A stretch of DNA of 64,000 bases from Bryobacteraceae bacterium (lineage in GTDB: Bacteria > Acidobacteriota > Terriglobia > Bryobacterales > Bryobacteraceae), in contig CAWJQP010000080.1 of the NCBI GenBank assembly GCA_963844855.1, positions 536,562-600,561 on the forward strand. Reading direction: 5' to 3'. The translations under genes and the position numbers were made by a program. The number at the start of each line of letters is the position of its first letter. Position 1 is the first letter of the stretch. The notes beneath the pieces are model-generated. The model was not told the origin of the DNA and did not search any database. It was given only the letters and a program-made list of their open reading frames with translations. Shown in pieces: positions 10,920 to 21,668 of this stretch.

Positions 10920-11537
10920 ATGCTTCCACCGAGAAATTTCCCTCCTCGCCGTCCTAGAATCCGAGAAAACGTAAACGAAGCAATCCGCGCCCGTGAAGTG
11001 CGCGCGGTTTTCCCCGACGGAACCGTCGAGGTAATGCCGACGCCCGCCGCTGTCCGGAAAGCTCAGGACATGGGTCTCGATCTGATCGTCATCGCGCCAA
11101 CCGCCGAACCTCCGGTCGCCAAGGCGATGGATTATGGCCAGTGGCAATACGAGAACAAGAAAAAGCAGCACGACGCCAAGCGTAAACAGCACATTATCCA
11201 GGTGAAGGAACTAAAGTTCCGTCCCAATACGGATGATCACGATTACGATTTCAAAAAGAACCACGCAATTCGTTTTTTGACCGAAGGCAATCGCGTAAAG
11301 GCAGTGGTCCAGTTCCGCGGGCGCGAAATCGCGCACACTGATCTGGGTAAGAAACTGCTCATTCGCTTTTCCCAGGATTTGCAGGCTTATGGCACCGTTG
11401 AGGGTCAGCCCCGTCTCGAGGGCCGCAACGCGCATGTGATCATTAGCCCGATCAAAAAGGAAAAGACGAAGGAACACAAGGAACCGAAGAGCGGCGACAA
11501 GCCTCCTGCCGCGCCGGCCCCGCCTCCAGTTCAGTAG
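10920..11537 (+). CDS. infC: translation initiation factor IF-3
   Basis: INEAIRAREVRAV...DLIVIAP...AKAMDYGQWQYE...IQVKELKFRP...FRGREIAHTDLG matches IF-3 N- and C-domains. No rpmI/rplT follows. Confidence 0.9.
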   Translation: MLPPRNFPPRRPRIRENVNEAIRAREVRAVFPDGTVEVMPTPAAVRKAQDMGLDLIVIAPTAEPPVAKAMDYGQWQYENKKKQHDAKRKQHIIQVKELKFRPNTDDHDYDFKKNHAIRFLTEGNRVKAVVQFRGREIAHTDLGKKLLIRFSQDLQAYGTVEGQPRLEGRNAHVIISPIKKEKTKEHKEPKSGDKPPAAPAPPPVQ

Positions 11538-11558
11538 CCCGTCAGTAAATAGATAGGC

Positions 11559-12091
11559 TCAATAGAACAGGTACTTACGCCACTGATCGTCGCTCTTGCC
11601 GAGCAGACGCATCAGGTGGCGGCTCGTGTGCAGACTGAACGGCCGCGGCGCGCGGGCCAGCCTCATTCCCGCCTCATCAGGTGTTCTATTTCCTTTCCGG
11701 TTATTGCAGGAATGGCAGCACGCGACCAGGTTCTCCCACGTGGTTTCGCCCGCACGGGATCGCGGAATCACGTGATCGAGGGTCAAATCAACACCCGGTG
11801 GCGTTTTCATGCAGTACTGACACGTGTAGCGATCGCGCATCAGGATATTCTTACGCGACAACGCGCGAGTCTGATGCGGAATCCGCCGGTATTCGAGCAG
11901 CCGGATCACGGAAGGAACGTTTCAGGTTGATGCCGGGAGGAGTGAATGGCCAACGGCGTATGTTCTTCCGCGGTGGCTACCCCCTTCAGCACGAGGACCA
12001 ACGCTCGCCGGGCCGCGCAAACATTGATCGGCTCATAGCTCGCGTTGAGCACCAGAACCGGTCTGCCTAAACGATCAGAAACAACAGGCAT
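11559..12091 (-). pseudogene. HNH endonuclease, frameshift near 11906-11930
   Basis: N-terminal piece [14 protein letters not shown]... (11906-12091). C-terminal piece RRIPHQT...CQYC...[31 protein letters not shown] (11559-11909) in another frame. Confidence 0.75.
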
Positions 12092-12154
12092 CGACTAAGC
12101 TCCTCCAAGCACTACTTCTCCGAGGGCCAGTCGCACGCCGGTTGAAGGCGGCTT

Positions 12155-12854
12155 CTAAACCCTCGCCAGACTCTTCCTTCGGTCCGCCCTTGCGAGGGTT
12201 AATACGCTGACGCGTCTGGCCCCGGCCCGTTTAAGAACCGCCGCACAGGCGCTGGCCGTCGCGCCTGTCGTCAAAACATCGTCTATGAGCAAGACGTGGC
12301 GGCCTTCTACCCGCTCCGGCCGGCTCACCTCAAAAGCGCCAGCGACGTTCGTCCTGCGTTGGGCGCGCGTGAGACCCGCCTGCGGGTCGGTTCGCTTGCG
12401 CCGTCGCAATGCTCCAACCAGCGGTATTCCGGTCCGTTTGGCAATAAATTTCGCCAGTAACTCGGATTGGTTAAAACCCCGTTGCAACCGCTTCCGCCAA
12501 TGCAAAGGCATCGGAACAATCACGTCGAATTGTTCTTCTCGCGGCAAAGCTCCATTGAGCATGCGTCCGAGTTCCGAAGCTAGGGGTGTTACGCCGCCGT
12601 ATTTAAAGACGTGGATGAGCTTTCGCAGATTTCCTTCATACTCGCCGTACGCGATATACCGCGTCATAGCCCGACAAACCGGCGCGGCACAGCCCACAGC
12701 GGCCGTTCTCATCGAGGGGCGAAGCGTTCAGGAAAGGGGTGCGGCAATCGACGCAGAAGTGCTCTGCCAAAAAGGGTTTGGGCTCGTTTAGACAGGCTGC
12801 AGCAGACTGGGATTCTGGAGATGTTTTTGAGAGCGAACGCCACAAACTCGGCAA
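12155..12854 (-). pseudogene. comF: ComF family protein (phosphoribosyltransferase domain, competence protein ComFC-like), frameshift near 12640-12710
   Basis: N-terminal double zinc-ribbon piece (CVDCRTPF...CGLCRAG, 12636-12854). C-terminal PRTase piece VLLIDDVLTTGATASA (12155-12712) in a different frame. Confidence 0.7.
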
Positions 12855-12944
12855 TCTTCGGGGAAAACGAGGTTGAACATCGCGGTGGGGAGCGCCCGTA
12901 CCGCGTGAGAATCGATGATCGGCTTAACTTTTTTGAGCCATCGA

Positions 12945-14378
12945 CTAGGGAAGATCCACCTCCGCCGAGCAAGAACATTCTAGCACGAAATTGCTTCTGG
13001 GCACTGTGGAGGTCAAGGCTTCTTTGGCTGGAACGAGGAAAAGGTAGGGTGTCCGGTGTGACGCAACCGCGGTCGTGAACTTCATGGCTTCCCGGCGGAA
13101 GGGTACGTCAGTTCGACGAAGTAGCCGGTCCAGCCGGCTTCGGGCTTCGCGACCCTGGCGATCCATTCGCCCTTTCGTGAGGGGCGACAGATCCGTTTCC
13201 TTCCAGGTGCGGCCAATGGTATCGACGCGAAAGTCGCGAGTCTTCGGGTTCGTTGCCTGCCAGAATTTCACGGCTGACGGCGTTCCCGAAGCTTTCACGT
13301 GAATCGACCCGTCTTTCTCGAACTTCCATGTGATTTTCGGACGCTCCGACTCGGTCAGGAATGATTCGTAGTACGCATGGACGTTGTCGAATGCATCCGT
13401 GCCTCGCATCGAATGTTCGCTGTTCGGCACATACCGGAGATACTTCTCGCCTTTCAAATCGTCGAAGTAAAACTGCGACGAATCCGGCAGGAAGAATTGG
13501 TCTCCGGTCGCATTCACGATGTATTTGGGCATCGTCAGACGATCGCGGTACTCATAAGGGTCTTCGATTTTCATCAACGCCTTGAACTCCGAAGAATCCA
13601 TCCAGTTCATGGTGTTGGCGTCAATGTAGTCCTGAATCGCCGGCGCCCAGAAGCCGTAAGCTCGCCAGTGGTGATCGAACGATTTCTCGAGGTTGAGAAG
13701 ATCGATCACGATCGGGATGATAGCGACAACTCGCTTGTCCGCCACAGCAGTCGTCCAAGTGGTCCAGCCGCGCTTCGATGCGCCGGAGACCACGAATTTG
13801 TCTACTTTGGCTTTGCCTCCCTGGTCGCTCGCGAGAAATGACGTCACGCTGTCCATCGCGCGCACGGCACTCTTCGTCATCGGCAGGCGAGCAGGCCAGT
13901 TATCGTCACCGCCTCGCAAAAACTTGTCCCAGCTGTATGCGATCAGTGAATCTTCGGTACGGCCCTTCGTTTCGCCCGCAAAAGTCAGAGGCTGGTTCGG
14001 AACCATCCGCAATTCCGTCACAACTGTACCCGTATCGACGGCAAGCGCCGTCAGGTTGGGCGGGGCGGAATCCGGCGGCTTCGCATTGTTGTTGGAGCCG
14101 CCCGTGATGAATAGAAAGCCTGTCGAATGCTTGATCTGGTCCGGCTTGATGATGGTGACCCAGTGACGCCATTCCGTGCGGTTTACTTCGGCGGACGTGC
14201 GCCACGTCTGCGATGTCATATCGAGAACGAACGTTGTGAATCCCTGTCCCGGCGTCGTTTGAACCAATGCGTATTTATAGGCAGGATCCGCAGCAGCAAT
14301 GTAACGATCGAGGGCGGTCTGCCTATCCGCTCCGACGAGGAGTGCGGCGGCCGCCGCAAACAGCAACAGTCTGTGCAC
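12945..14378 (-). CDS. secreted PhoPQ-activated pathogenicity-related (PqaA-like) family protein, alpha/beta-hydrolase-like
   Basis: 477 aa with a signal peptide. Blocks LDMTSQTWRT..., KSAVRAMD, GASKRGWTTW and NATGDQFFLPDSS resemble the PF10142 family. Family assignment is from memory. Confidence 0.5.
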   Translation of the reverse strand: MHRLLLFAAAAALLVGADRQTALDRYIAAADPAYKYALVQTTPGQGFTTFVLDMTSQTWRTSAEVNRTEWRHWVTIIKPDQIKHSTGFLFITGGSNNNAKPPDSAPPNLTALAVDTGTVVTELRMVPNQPLTFAGETKGRTEDSLIAYSWDKFLRGGDDNWPARLPMTKSAVRAMDSVTSFLASDQGGKAKVDKFVVSGASKRGWTTWTTAVADKRVVAIIPIVIDLLNLEKSFDHHWRAYGFWAPAIQDYIDANTMNWMDSSEFKALMKIEDPYEYRDRLTMPKYIVNATGDQFFLPDSSQFYFDDLKGEKYLRYVPNSEHSMRGTDAFDNVHAYYESFLTESERPKITWKFEKDGSIHVKASGTPSAVKFWQATNPKTRDFRVDTIGRTWKETDLSPLTKGRMDRQGREARSRLDRLLRRTDVPFRREAMKFTTAVASHRTPYLFLVPAKEALTSTVPRSNFVLECSCSAEVDLP

Positions 14379-14521
14379 TATGACTGGTCCTTTTCTCGCG
14401 TTACTTTGCGAGTGAATTTTTCCGGGGGATTGATCATGATCCCAATCACCAGAAAAACGACAACCAAAACTAAGATGATTCCGGCTAAGACCATCCTTTC
14501 ATCGTAACGGACATTCCAGAA

Positions 14522-15088
14522 ATGAAAAGCCTACTTCTTGGAGCACTGCTCCTTTGCAACATCCCCGCATTTGCCGTCGAAGCAGTTCAGTTCAGTTTTC
14601 AAGTTCTCGGCACGTCGAAGACCTCCACCATGGAGAAGGAAATGAACGATGCCGCTCAAGCCGGCTTCGTCTTCCAAAGCGTCATGGGCGGCGAGACCGC
14701 GTTCGGCGGAAAAGAAGTCATCGTAATCATGGGTCGCAATCCTGCTGCCGGATCGCAAAAAGCCTATCGTTTATTCGCTGCCAACAAGACATCAACGCTC
14801 GAGAAGGAAATGCAAGCCGCCGCTGAAACCGGATACGAGTACAAGGGCCAGACGATCTTCGAATCCGCGTTCGGCGGGAAGGAAGTCTGCGTGATCATGG
14901 AACGCGACAAATCCGAACAGCCAAAGCCCAGCCAATACCGACTGCTTGCAACCTCGAAAACATCGACTATGGAAAAGGAACTCGCTGAGGCCGGAGCACA
15001 AGGATATGCGGTCGTAGGAATGACGGTGTCCAAGACAGCGCTCGGTGGCAGCGAGGTGGTCTGCATCCTAAGACGAGCCGCGATATGA
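14522..15088 (+). CDS. secreted hypothetical protein made of three tandem ~58-aa repeats
   Basis: Signal peptide MKSLLLGALLLCNIPAFA. Repeats YRL(F/L)A(A/T)(N/S)KTST(L/M)EKE(M/L)..A(A/G)..GY....(T/M)......A(F/L)GG(K/S)EV.VI(M/L).R occur three times. Confidence 0.6.
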   Translation: MKSLLLGALLLCNIPAFAVEAVQFSFQVLGTSKTSTMEKEMNDAAQAGFVFQSVMGGETAFGGKEVIVIMGRNPAAGSQKAYRLFAANKTSTLEKEMQAAAETGYEYKGQTIFESAFGGKEVCVIMERDKSEQPKPSQYRLLATSKTSTMEKELAEAGAQGYAVVGMTVSKTALGGSEVVCILRRAAI

Positions 15089-15281
15089 TGTCGCTTGGCT
15101 CAACCAATCCCTGTAAAGATCCCGTGGTGGAAGCAAGAAGACTGGCTGGCAGTATTGCTGGGCTCGCTGTTTCTGGCGGCGGTCGTGCTCGGCTTTCGAG
15201 CTTGGCTTACCCGGGTTCAAATGGTCGGATCAGGCCTCGTTAGCTAAAATTACGGCTCCTGCTGTCCTGGCCCAACTCGGC

Positions 15282-16380
15282 TTGCTCTGCTTGATCTATC
15301 TCGTCACTTCTCTTCCCGGCGCCATCGCGTTGGGGGCCAGCGCTGCGAGGTACATCGCCGGCTTTCCAATCGTTTTCGCGATCGCATGGCTCGCTCAGGT
15401 GGTCGCGGGAAACGCGACCACTAGCTATTGGGGCATTGAATATGTCATTTTTGCTCTGCTCTTCGGGCTCACGCTGAGCAACGTCATCGGTCTTCCCTCG
15501 TGGTTGACGGATGCAGTCCGAACCGAATATTACATTAAGACTGGGCTCGTGATCATGGGAGCGACGATACTATTCCAGGACATCGTTGCAGCTGGGGCTC
15601 TCGGGATGATGCAAGCCCTGATTGGTCGTCCTGGTCGTTTGGTACTTCAGCTTCTGGTTCGCCAAGCGGCTGAAACTCGATGACGAGTTTGCGGTGATCT
15701 TGTCGTCGGCCGTCTCGATCTGCGGTGTCTCGGCAGCCATTGCAACGTGCGGCGCGATTCACGGAGATCGCAGGAAACTCAGCTATGTCGCTTCGGTCGT
15801 CTTGATCGTAGCGGTGCCGATGATCGTTTTGCAGCCTTGGATCATCCGAGCCTTCCATATGCCGGATGTCGTCGGCGGCGCTTGGTTGGGCGGCACTCTG
15901 GACACGACCGGCTCGGTGGTCGCAGCCGGAGCGCTGATCAGTGAAACGGCGATGAAAATCGGGACGATTGTGAAGTTTTCGCAGAACCTGCTGATCGGTT
16001 TTGCGGCCTTCTTCCTTTCTGTCTGGTGGACGTTCCGGCAGCCGACCAAAGGCCAGGAGAAACCGAGCGCCGGTGTGATCTGGGAACGCTTTCCGAAATT
16101 CGTCCTTGGATTCGTTGGCGCCTCGCTCGTGTTCTCATTCCTGGTCGACGCCGAGATCGTCAAATCGACCAAGACGCTCATAGGCGGATTACGCACGTGG
16201 TGGTTCGCCTTGGCCTTTACGTCGATCGGCCTCGAGACCAAGTTCACCGATTTGTTTGCGATGGAAGGCGGAAGGCCATTTCTGGCGTTTCTTGGCGGCC
16301 AGTTCGTGAACTTGCTCTGGACGCTGCTGCTGGCCTATTTGATCTTTGGTGGCGTGTTCTTTCCGACGCCGGTCTTGTAG
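15282..16380 (+). pseudogene. YeiH/UPF0324 family putative sulfate-exporter-type membrane protein, frameshift near 15620-15680
   Basis: Two consecutive ORFs in different frames, both polytopic membrane segments of the same family (…GLVIMGATILFQDI… then …AVILSSAVSICGVSAAIATCGAI…). More N-terminal TM sequence may lie upstream in a third frame (15090-15280). Confidence 0.55.
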
Positions 16381-17642
16381 TTAGGCTTCCGCCAGTCGGC
16401 GGGCGAAGCGAAGGTCTTCCACAAAACGGCTATACTCCTCAGACTGGCGTTCGCGCACACGCAGTAGGAATGAAGGATGTACGGTGGCCGTTACGCCCCT
16501 CGCATGCCTGTGCGGCACACTTGGCCCCTGAGATCCGACACCTTTGCCGCCCGTCCCAAAACGGATAGCAGCGCGGTCGCTCCCATACAGACGATCAGCT
16601 TCGGACGAATCAAAGCCAATTCGGCCTCGAGCCACGGCTGGCATGCAGCGACTTGGGAGCGACTCGCTGTCTTGTGGATGCGGCGCTTTCCGCGTTCCTC
16701 AAAACGGAAATGTCGTACGGCGTTTGTCAGATACAGCTCGCCACGATTCAGCCCGGCGTCGTCCAAGGCGCGGTCGAGCAACTGTCCTGCCGGACCGACG
16801 AAAGGCAGTCCCGAAAGATCCTCCTGCTCGCCAGGCTGCTCTCCAACGAGAACAATCCTGGCATCCGCCGGACCCTGACCAAAGACCGGCTGAGTGGCGC
16901 GCTCGTGGAGGTCGCATCCGCGACAGTCGTGAACGGCTTGACGGAGCAGTGGGAGAGTCGGGTCTTGGGGAACAAAGGCGGCTGCAGAAATTGGTTTCGT
17001 TTCGCACATCTGACGACCGCGCGCCTTCGCGTCGACGATCAGACCGGGGATCATGACTGTCTCCGGCATAGCCGCCCAGTAGCGAGCCGGCACATGATTC
17101 CGAAGCGCCTTCTCATTTACGCGATTCGGGTTAAAAGTCGACGCGTAGTAAGCGCGCCAGAGATCTTCGAGCGCGTCCTCGGCGGGAGCCTCTGTGGCGG
17201 ACGCGCCCGGACCGAATGAAAGTTTCTGCAGATCCCAGTGAACGCTGCGATCCGGCGTGAGGATGCTCCACTTCATGGAGCCGAAACGCTCAGCGAACCA
17301 CGGAGCCATCTTCTCGACAATCAAATGGTCCGGCCTGTGCCACGCAATAAAGCGGTCATCGACTTTGCGAAAGCGCACAAAGGCTTTCATGCGATGCATG
17401 TCATGAGTGATCTCTTTCCGCATGCGGTAGAGAACGTTGACATCGGGGTCGCTTTCTATCGCTAAAAGATGTCGCTCGCCTTGGACGATTCGATAGAGCA
17501 CTCGATAAAGCAGCGGCCACTTTGCCTCGTCGCGGTGGCAAGAGACTAAATCCGCCAGAGCGACGAATTGCTTCGGAACGGCGATGTCTGCGGTCCCGGC
17601 CGATAGGCCTCGGTGGAGAACAACGACGGCTCTGCAGTCCAC
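16381..17642 (-). pseudogene. DUF4130 (TIGR03915-like) + uracil-DNA glycosylase family 4 fusion protein, frameshift near 16500-16530
   Basis: N-terminal ~180 aa DUF4130-like region. UDG4 motifs GCDLHE...PVFGQGPADARIVLVGEQPGEQED...PFVGPAGQLLD. The C-terminal HPSFLLR motif is in the adjacent frame (ORF 16381-16644). Confidence 0.65.
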
Positions 17643-17730
17643 AAAATGTCTTCCGGAGGAGCGCCAGCGGTAACGAGACGGCGGGCCGCGTCCCGCCAGC
17701 CTTCATACGTCCTGTCGAACTCGGCGACGA

Positions 17731-18955
17731 TCACAGCTCTCCAGTCACAGCAGCGACCGTCGAATCGAACAGGCTCATCTGACGGAACCGCCCGGGCAGA
17801 CTCAAGCGGTCGAGTTGCATGACGGTAGGCTCGAAGTCAGCAGTGAGCAGGAACGGTTTGGTCTTATTCAGCGGAACACGCAGGCGCGCCAGGTCGCTCC
17901 ATCGCAAGCTCGTAAACCTTCGGATCTTGAGTAGCCTCGTTACGTTCTGCACCCCAAGCCCGGGCACGCGAAGCAGGTCCGCCTTCGAAGCCCGATTCAC
18001 ATCCACAGGGAAGCGGTGCCGGTTGCGGAGCGCCCACTGCAATTTGGGATCCTGATCCAGAGATAGATTCGGTTGCTCAGGTTCGGTTAGCTCCGCAGCG
18101 TCGAATCCGTAGAATCGGACCAGCCAATCTGCCTGATACAACCGATGCTCGCGAACAAGCGGCGCGCGATCGGGCGGCAGACGGCCGTCGGAAAATGGAA
18201 TTGGGCTAAAGCCGGAGTAATACACTCGGCGGAGGTTGTAGTTCGGAATACAGGCGCGATGCGGTGGTCAGGATGGCTGCGTCGCTCGCATCGGTAGCGC
18301 CGACAACCATCTGTGTGCTCTGCCCGGACGCGTAGTTCTGTTTGGCTATCCTTGGCCTCCAGGATGCCGTCGCGGATCTGACCCATAGAGGTCTCGATAC
18401 TCGAGTGGCTCTTGGCAGGAGCGAGCTTGTTCAGATCCGCCTGCGTGGGAAGTTCCATGTTCGCGCTGAGGCGATCCGCCCATTCGCCCGGCTTCGAGCA
18501 TCAGTTCCCGCGAAGCGCCGGGCACGGCTTTGAGATGGATGTAGCCGCCGAAGCCGATGATCGACTCGCAAAGTGCGAGCGACTTCGACAATCTCCTCCA
18601 TCGTGTAGTCGCCGTTCTGAATCACACCGGAACTCAGGAACAGACCTTCGATGTAGTTGCGCCTGTAGAACTCGAGCGTCAGGTTGACGACTTCTTGCGG
18701 CGTAAATCGCGCACGCGGAGTATCGCTGGAGACGCGATTGATGCAGTACGAGCAGTCGTAAATGCAATAGTTTGTGAGGAGAATCTTAAGGAGAGAGACG
18801 CACCGACCGTCTGGAGCGTAGCTATGACAAATCCCTACGCCGTCGCCGTTACCTAAGCCGCCTTCAGGCCGTTTTCGATTCGATCCACTACTGGAACAAG
18901 AAGCGTCGTACTTGGCCGCGTCGGCGAGTATTTGAAGCTTGGACTGGACATCCAT
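17731..18955 (-). pseudogene. putative DNA modification/repair radical SAM protein (TIGR03916-like), broken into at least 3 frames
   Basis: N-terminal piece 18431-18955 has a CxxxCxxC cluster (NYCIYDCSYCINR) and a helix-hairpin-helix-like start. C-terminal piece 17731-18225 (…RLYQADWLVRFYGF…) fits the family C-terminus. The middle is unreadable in one frame. Confidence 0.55.
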
Positions 18956-20740
18956 AGGAGAAGAGACAGCGAATCTTCTCGTATTGTCGCATACAATCTA
19001 GATTCCGTCGCCGCCGAAACCGCGATCCATCGGGCCGGACGAATCCACGCGTTTCCAGCATGCGCGCGATTTGATCCTTGGCTTCAGCGTCTTTCGACGA
19101 CAGCGATTGCGGATCAATGTCGACGAACTGCTCGAAACCGACAAGTTCACGTGCGCGCTCGCGCTCGTCTTCTCGATCGGAGGCAACGTACAGATCGTAA
19201 TCAGGCCGGCCGCGCTCGACATCTTCGCGAGTTCGGGCAGAAGATGGCTTTCGACATCGTCGGCGAGGACGTGCACCATGCAGCCACGATCGAACAACTC
19301 GCGCTCCAGCAGGTACGCGACATCGGTTCGGGCTGTCAGCCAAATGGTGACAGGCTGGTGTCCAGCGCGCTCCCAGCGCTCGGCCGCAGTGAGACGGCTT
19401 CGTTCGAACTCGACGCCCGAGAGCATCGACGCGCTGCGATCCTCCCTGTCGACCCGCTCGGAGATCATTCCGGCGGCGACGGTCAGATTCGAGACAGGAT
19501 CGATCATGATGAAAGCGCCCGTCCTGCGATTCTTCCGGTACGCGTCGAAGAAAAGCGGTCGGTGCGTTTCAATCGAGACGACGCCGATTTCGTTCAACTC
19601 AAGCTTTCTGCGCCTGGATCTTCGAAAGGTCGTTGATATTGACGCGATGCCGAAGCTGCGTGATATTGTGCGCGGACTTGCTTGGAGGTGTGCTTCACCA
19701 GATACGGGTGGTCAAGTTCCATCGCCTCGGTGGCCATCCAAACGACTGTTGCTTCGAACCGTCGCGACACGTGCGGCATCCGCGACGGGCTCACGAGCAT
19801 GTCGCCTCGGCTGATATCGATCTCGTCTTCGAGGCAGACGGTCACCGACTGCGGCGCGACTCGCTTCTTCCAGGTCGCCATCGAACGTCACGATCGACTT
19901 CACCTTGCTGGTGCGGCCGGAGGGAAGGACCATTACACGATCGCCCTGTCGAATCATACCCGACGCGACTTGTCCCGCATATCCGCGAAAATCGAGCGTC
20001 GGGCCGAACCACGTACTGCACCGGGAAGCGCATGTCTTCGCCGAAGTTCATCTCGATCGGAGCGGTTTCCAGGAGATGCAGCAGCGAGCCGCCGTGATAC
20101 CACGGCGTGCGCGCGCTACTGTGTGACAACGTTGTCCCCTTCGAGCGCACTGATCGGAAGGAAGTACACGTTCTGAAGATGCAGATCGCGTGCAAAGTCG
20201 CGAAAGTCCGCGCAGATGCGGTTGAAGACTTCCTCGCTGTAATCCACGAGGTCCATCTTGTTCACCGCGACAACAACGTGGGGAATGGCAAGCAACGACG
20301 CGATGAATGCGTGCCGGCGCGATTGCGGCAGAACGCCTTTGCGCGCATCGACAAGCACGATGGCAAGCTGCGCCGTGGACGCGCCCGGTCGCCATGTTGC
20401 GCGTATACTGCTCATGTCCCGGAGTATCGGCGATGATGAACTTGCGCTTCGGTGTCGTGAAGTACCGATACGCGACATCGATGGTGATTCCCTGCTCGCG
20501 TTCGGCTTTCAAGCCGTCGGTAAGAAGTGAGAAATCGATCGGGCCGGCCGAGCGATTGACCGACGCTTTCTTCACCGAAGCGAGCTGGTCTTCGTAAACG
20601 CCTTTGGAATCGTAGAGCAGGCGGCCGATGAGCGTGGACTTGCCATCATCGACACTGCCCGCAGTTGTGAAACGGAGAAGTTCTTTCTGCTGCTCCTGCT
20701 CGAGAAATTCCTCGATTGCCGACGGCGCACTGCGCGCCAT
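18888..20740 (-). pseudogene. cysN: sulfate adenylyltransferase subunit 1 fused to an APS-kinase-like domain (CysNC), fragmented into at least 6 frames
   Basis: GTPase motifs [21 protein letters not shown] (20048-21400 frame), NKMDLV (20116-20478). Further CysN domain II/III pieces lie in ORFs 19842-20195, 19712-19957, 19594-19881 and 18998-19597. APS-kinase-like residues (TIWLT..., VLADD, AAGLITI, then ASDREDERERARELVGFEQFVDI in ORF 18888-19343). The kinase P-loop GLSGAGKST is absent in every frame. Confidence 0.6.
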
Positions 20741-21668
20741 CAGAAGTAGCCCTCGCGCTTCTTCGAACTCCATCGAGCCTTCCTGATCGTGGTCGATGAT
20801 GCGATTCTCGCGTTCAGACCGGCGCATGAGGAAGAATTCTTCGATAATCTTCGGCAGCGTATCGGCGCTCGATCGGATGGCGCCAGTGCACGGTGTGCAG
20901 CCAAGCGAACGCATGCGGGACATCACCATCTGCGGCTTCTCTCCGAGCAGCAATGGCGGATCGTTCTCAATCGGCAGAAGCGATTCGCCGCGCACCACCA
21001 TCGGCCTTTCTTTTGCGAAGTACAGCGGCACGATCGGGATATTCTCCAGATGGATGTACTGCCATACGTCGAGTTCCGTCCAGTTCGACAAGGGAAATAC
21101 GCGGATGGTCTCGCCTTTGTCGATGCGGGCGTTGAAAATATTCCAAAGCTCGGGACGCTGGTTCTTGGGATCCCACTGTCCGTAGGCATCGCGGAACGAG
21201 TAAATCCGCTCCTTGGCGCGCGACTTCTCTTCGTCCCGTCGGGCCCCACCGAACGCGGCGTCGAATCCGTACTTGGTCAGACCGTCCAGCAGGGCCCGCG
21301 TCTTCAGAAAGCCGCAGCATTTCTGCGTGCCGAGCTTGTACGGATTTGCGCCGTCGGCGAAAGCCTCTTCATTGCGATGGACCAGCAAGGTTCGCTCCAA
21401 TGCTCGCCGGATACTGATCGCGAAATTCGATCATCTCCTGGAACTTGAAGCTGGTATCTATGTGAAGAAGAGGAAATGGGATCGGTCCGGGGAAAAACGC
21501 CTTCTGCGCAAGCCGAAGCATCACAGAGGAATCTTTGCCGATCGAATACAACATGACCGGCTTGGCGAACTCGGCTGCGACTTCCCGGAAGATGTGGATA
21601 CTCTCAGCTTCCAGAGCGCGTAGGTGCGTCAAAGATCGGGAACTTATGGCTTCAGCTACTGCGCTCAT
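20741..21668 (-). pseudogene. cysD: sulfate adenylyltransferase subunit 2 CysD, frameshift near 21370-21400
   Basis: N-terminal PAPS-reductase-like piece [13 protein letters not shown] (21369-21668). The C-terminal 220 aa (…[20 protein letters not shown]…WNIFN…SLGCTPCTG) continues in-frame into cysN with no intervening stop in this sequence. Confidence 0.65.

Noticed and set aside
18932-19636. 234-aa plus-strand ORF
   Set aside because: It lies antisense to recognisable CysN/CysC coding sequence. High-GC antisense ORFs of this length are expected by chance. No conserved motifs.
20741-21400. Possible natural CysD-CysN translational fusion
   Set aside because: The in-frame continuity occurs in a region with many indels. 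A lost stop through paired indels is more parsimonious than a genuine fusion.
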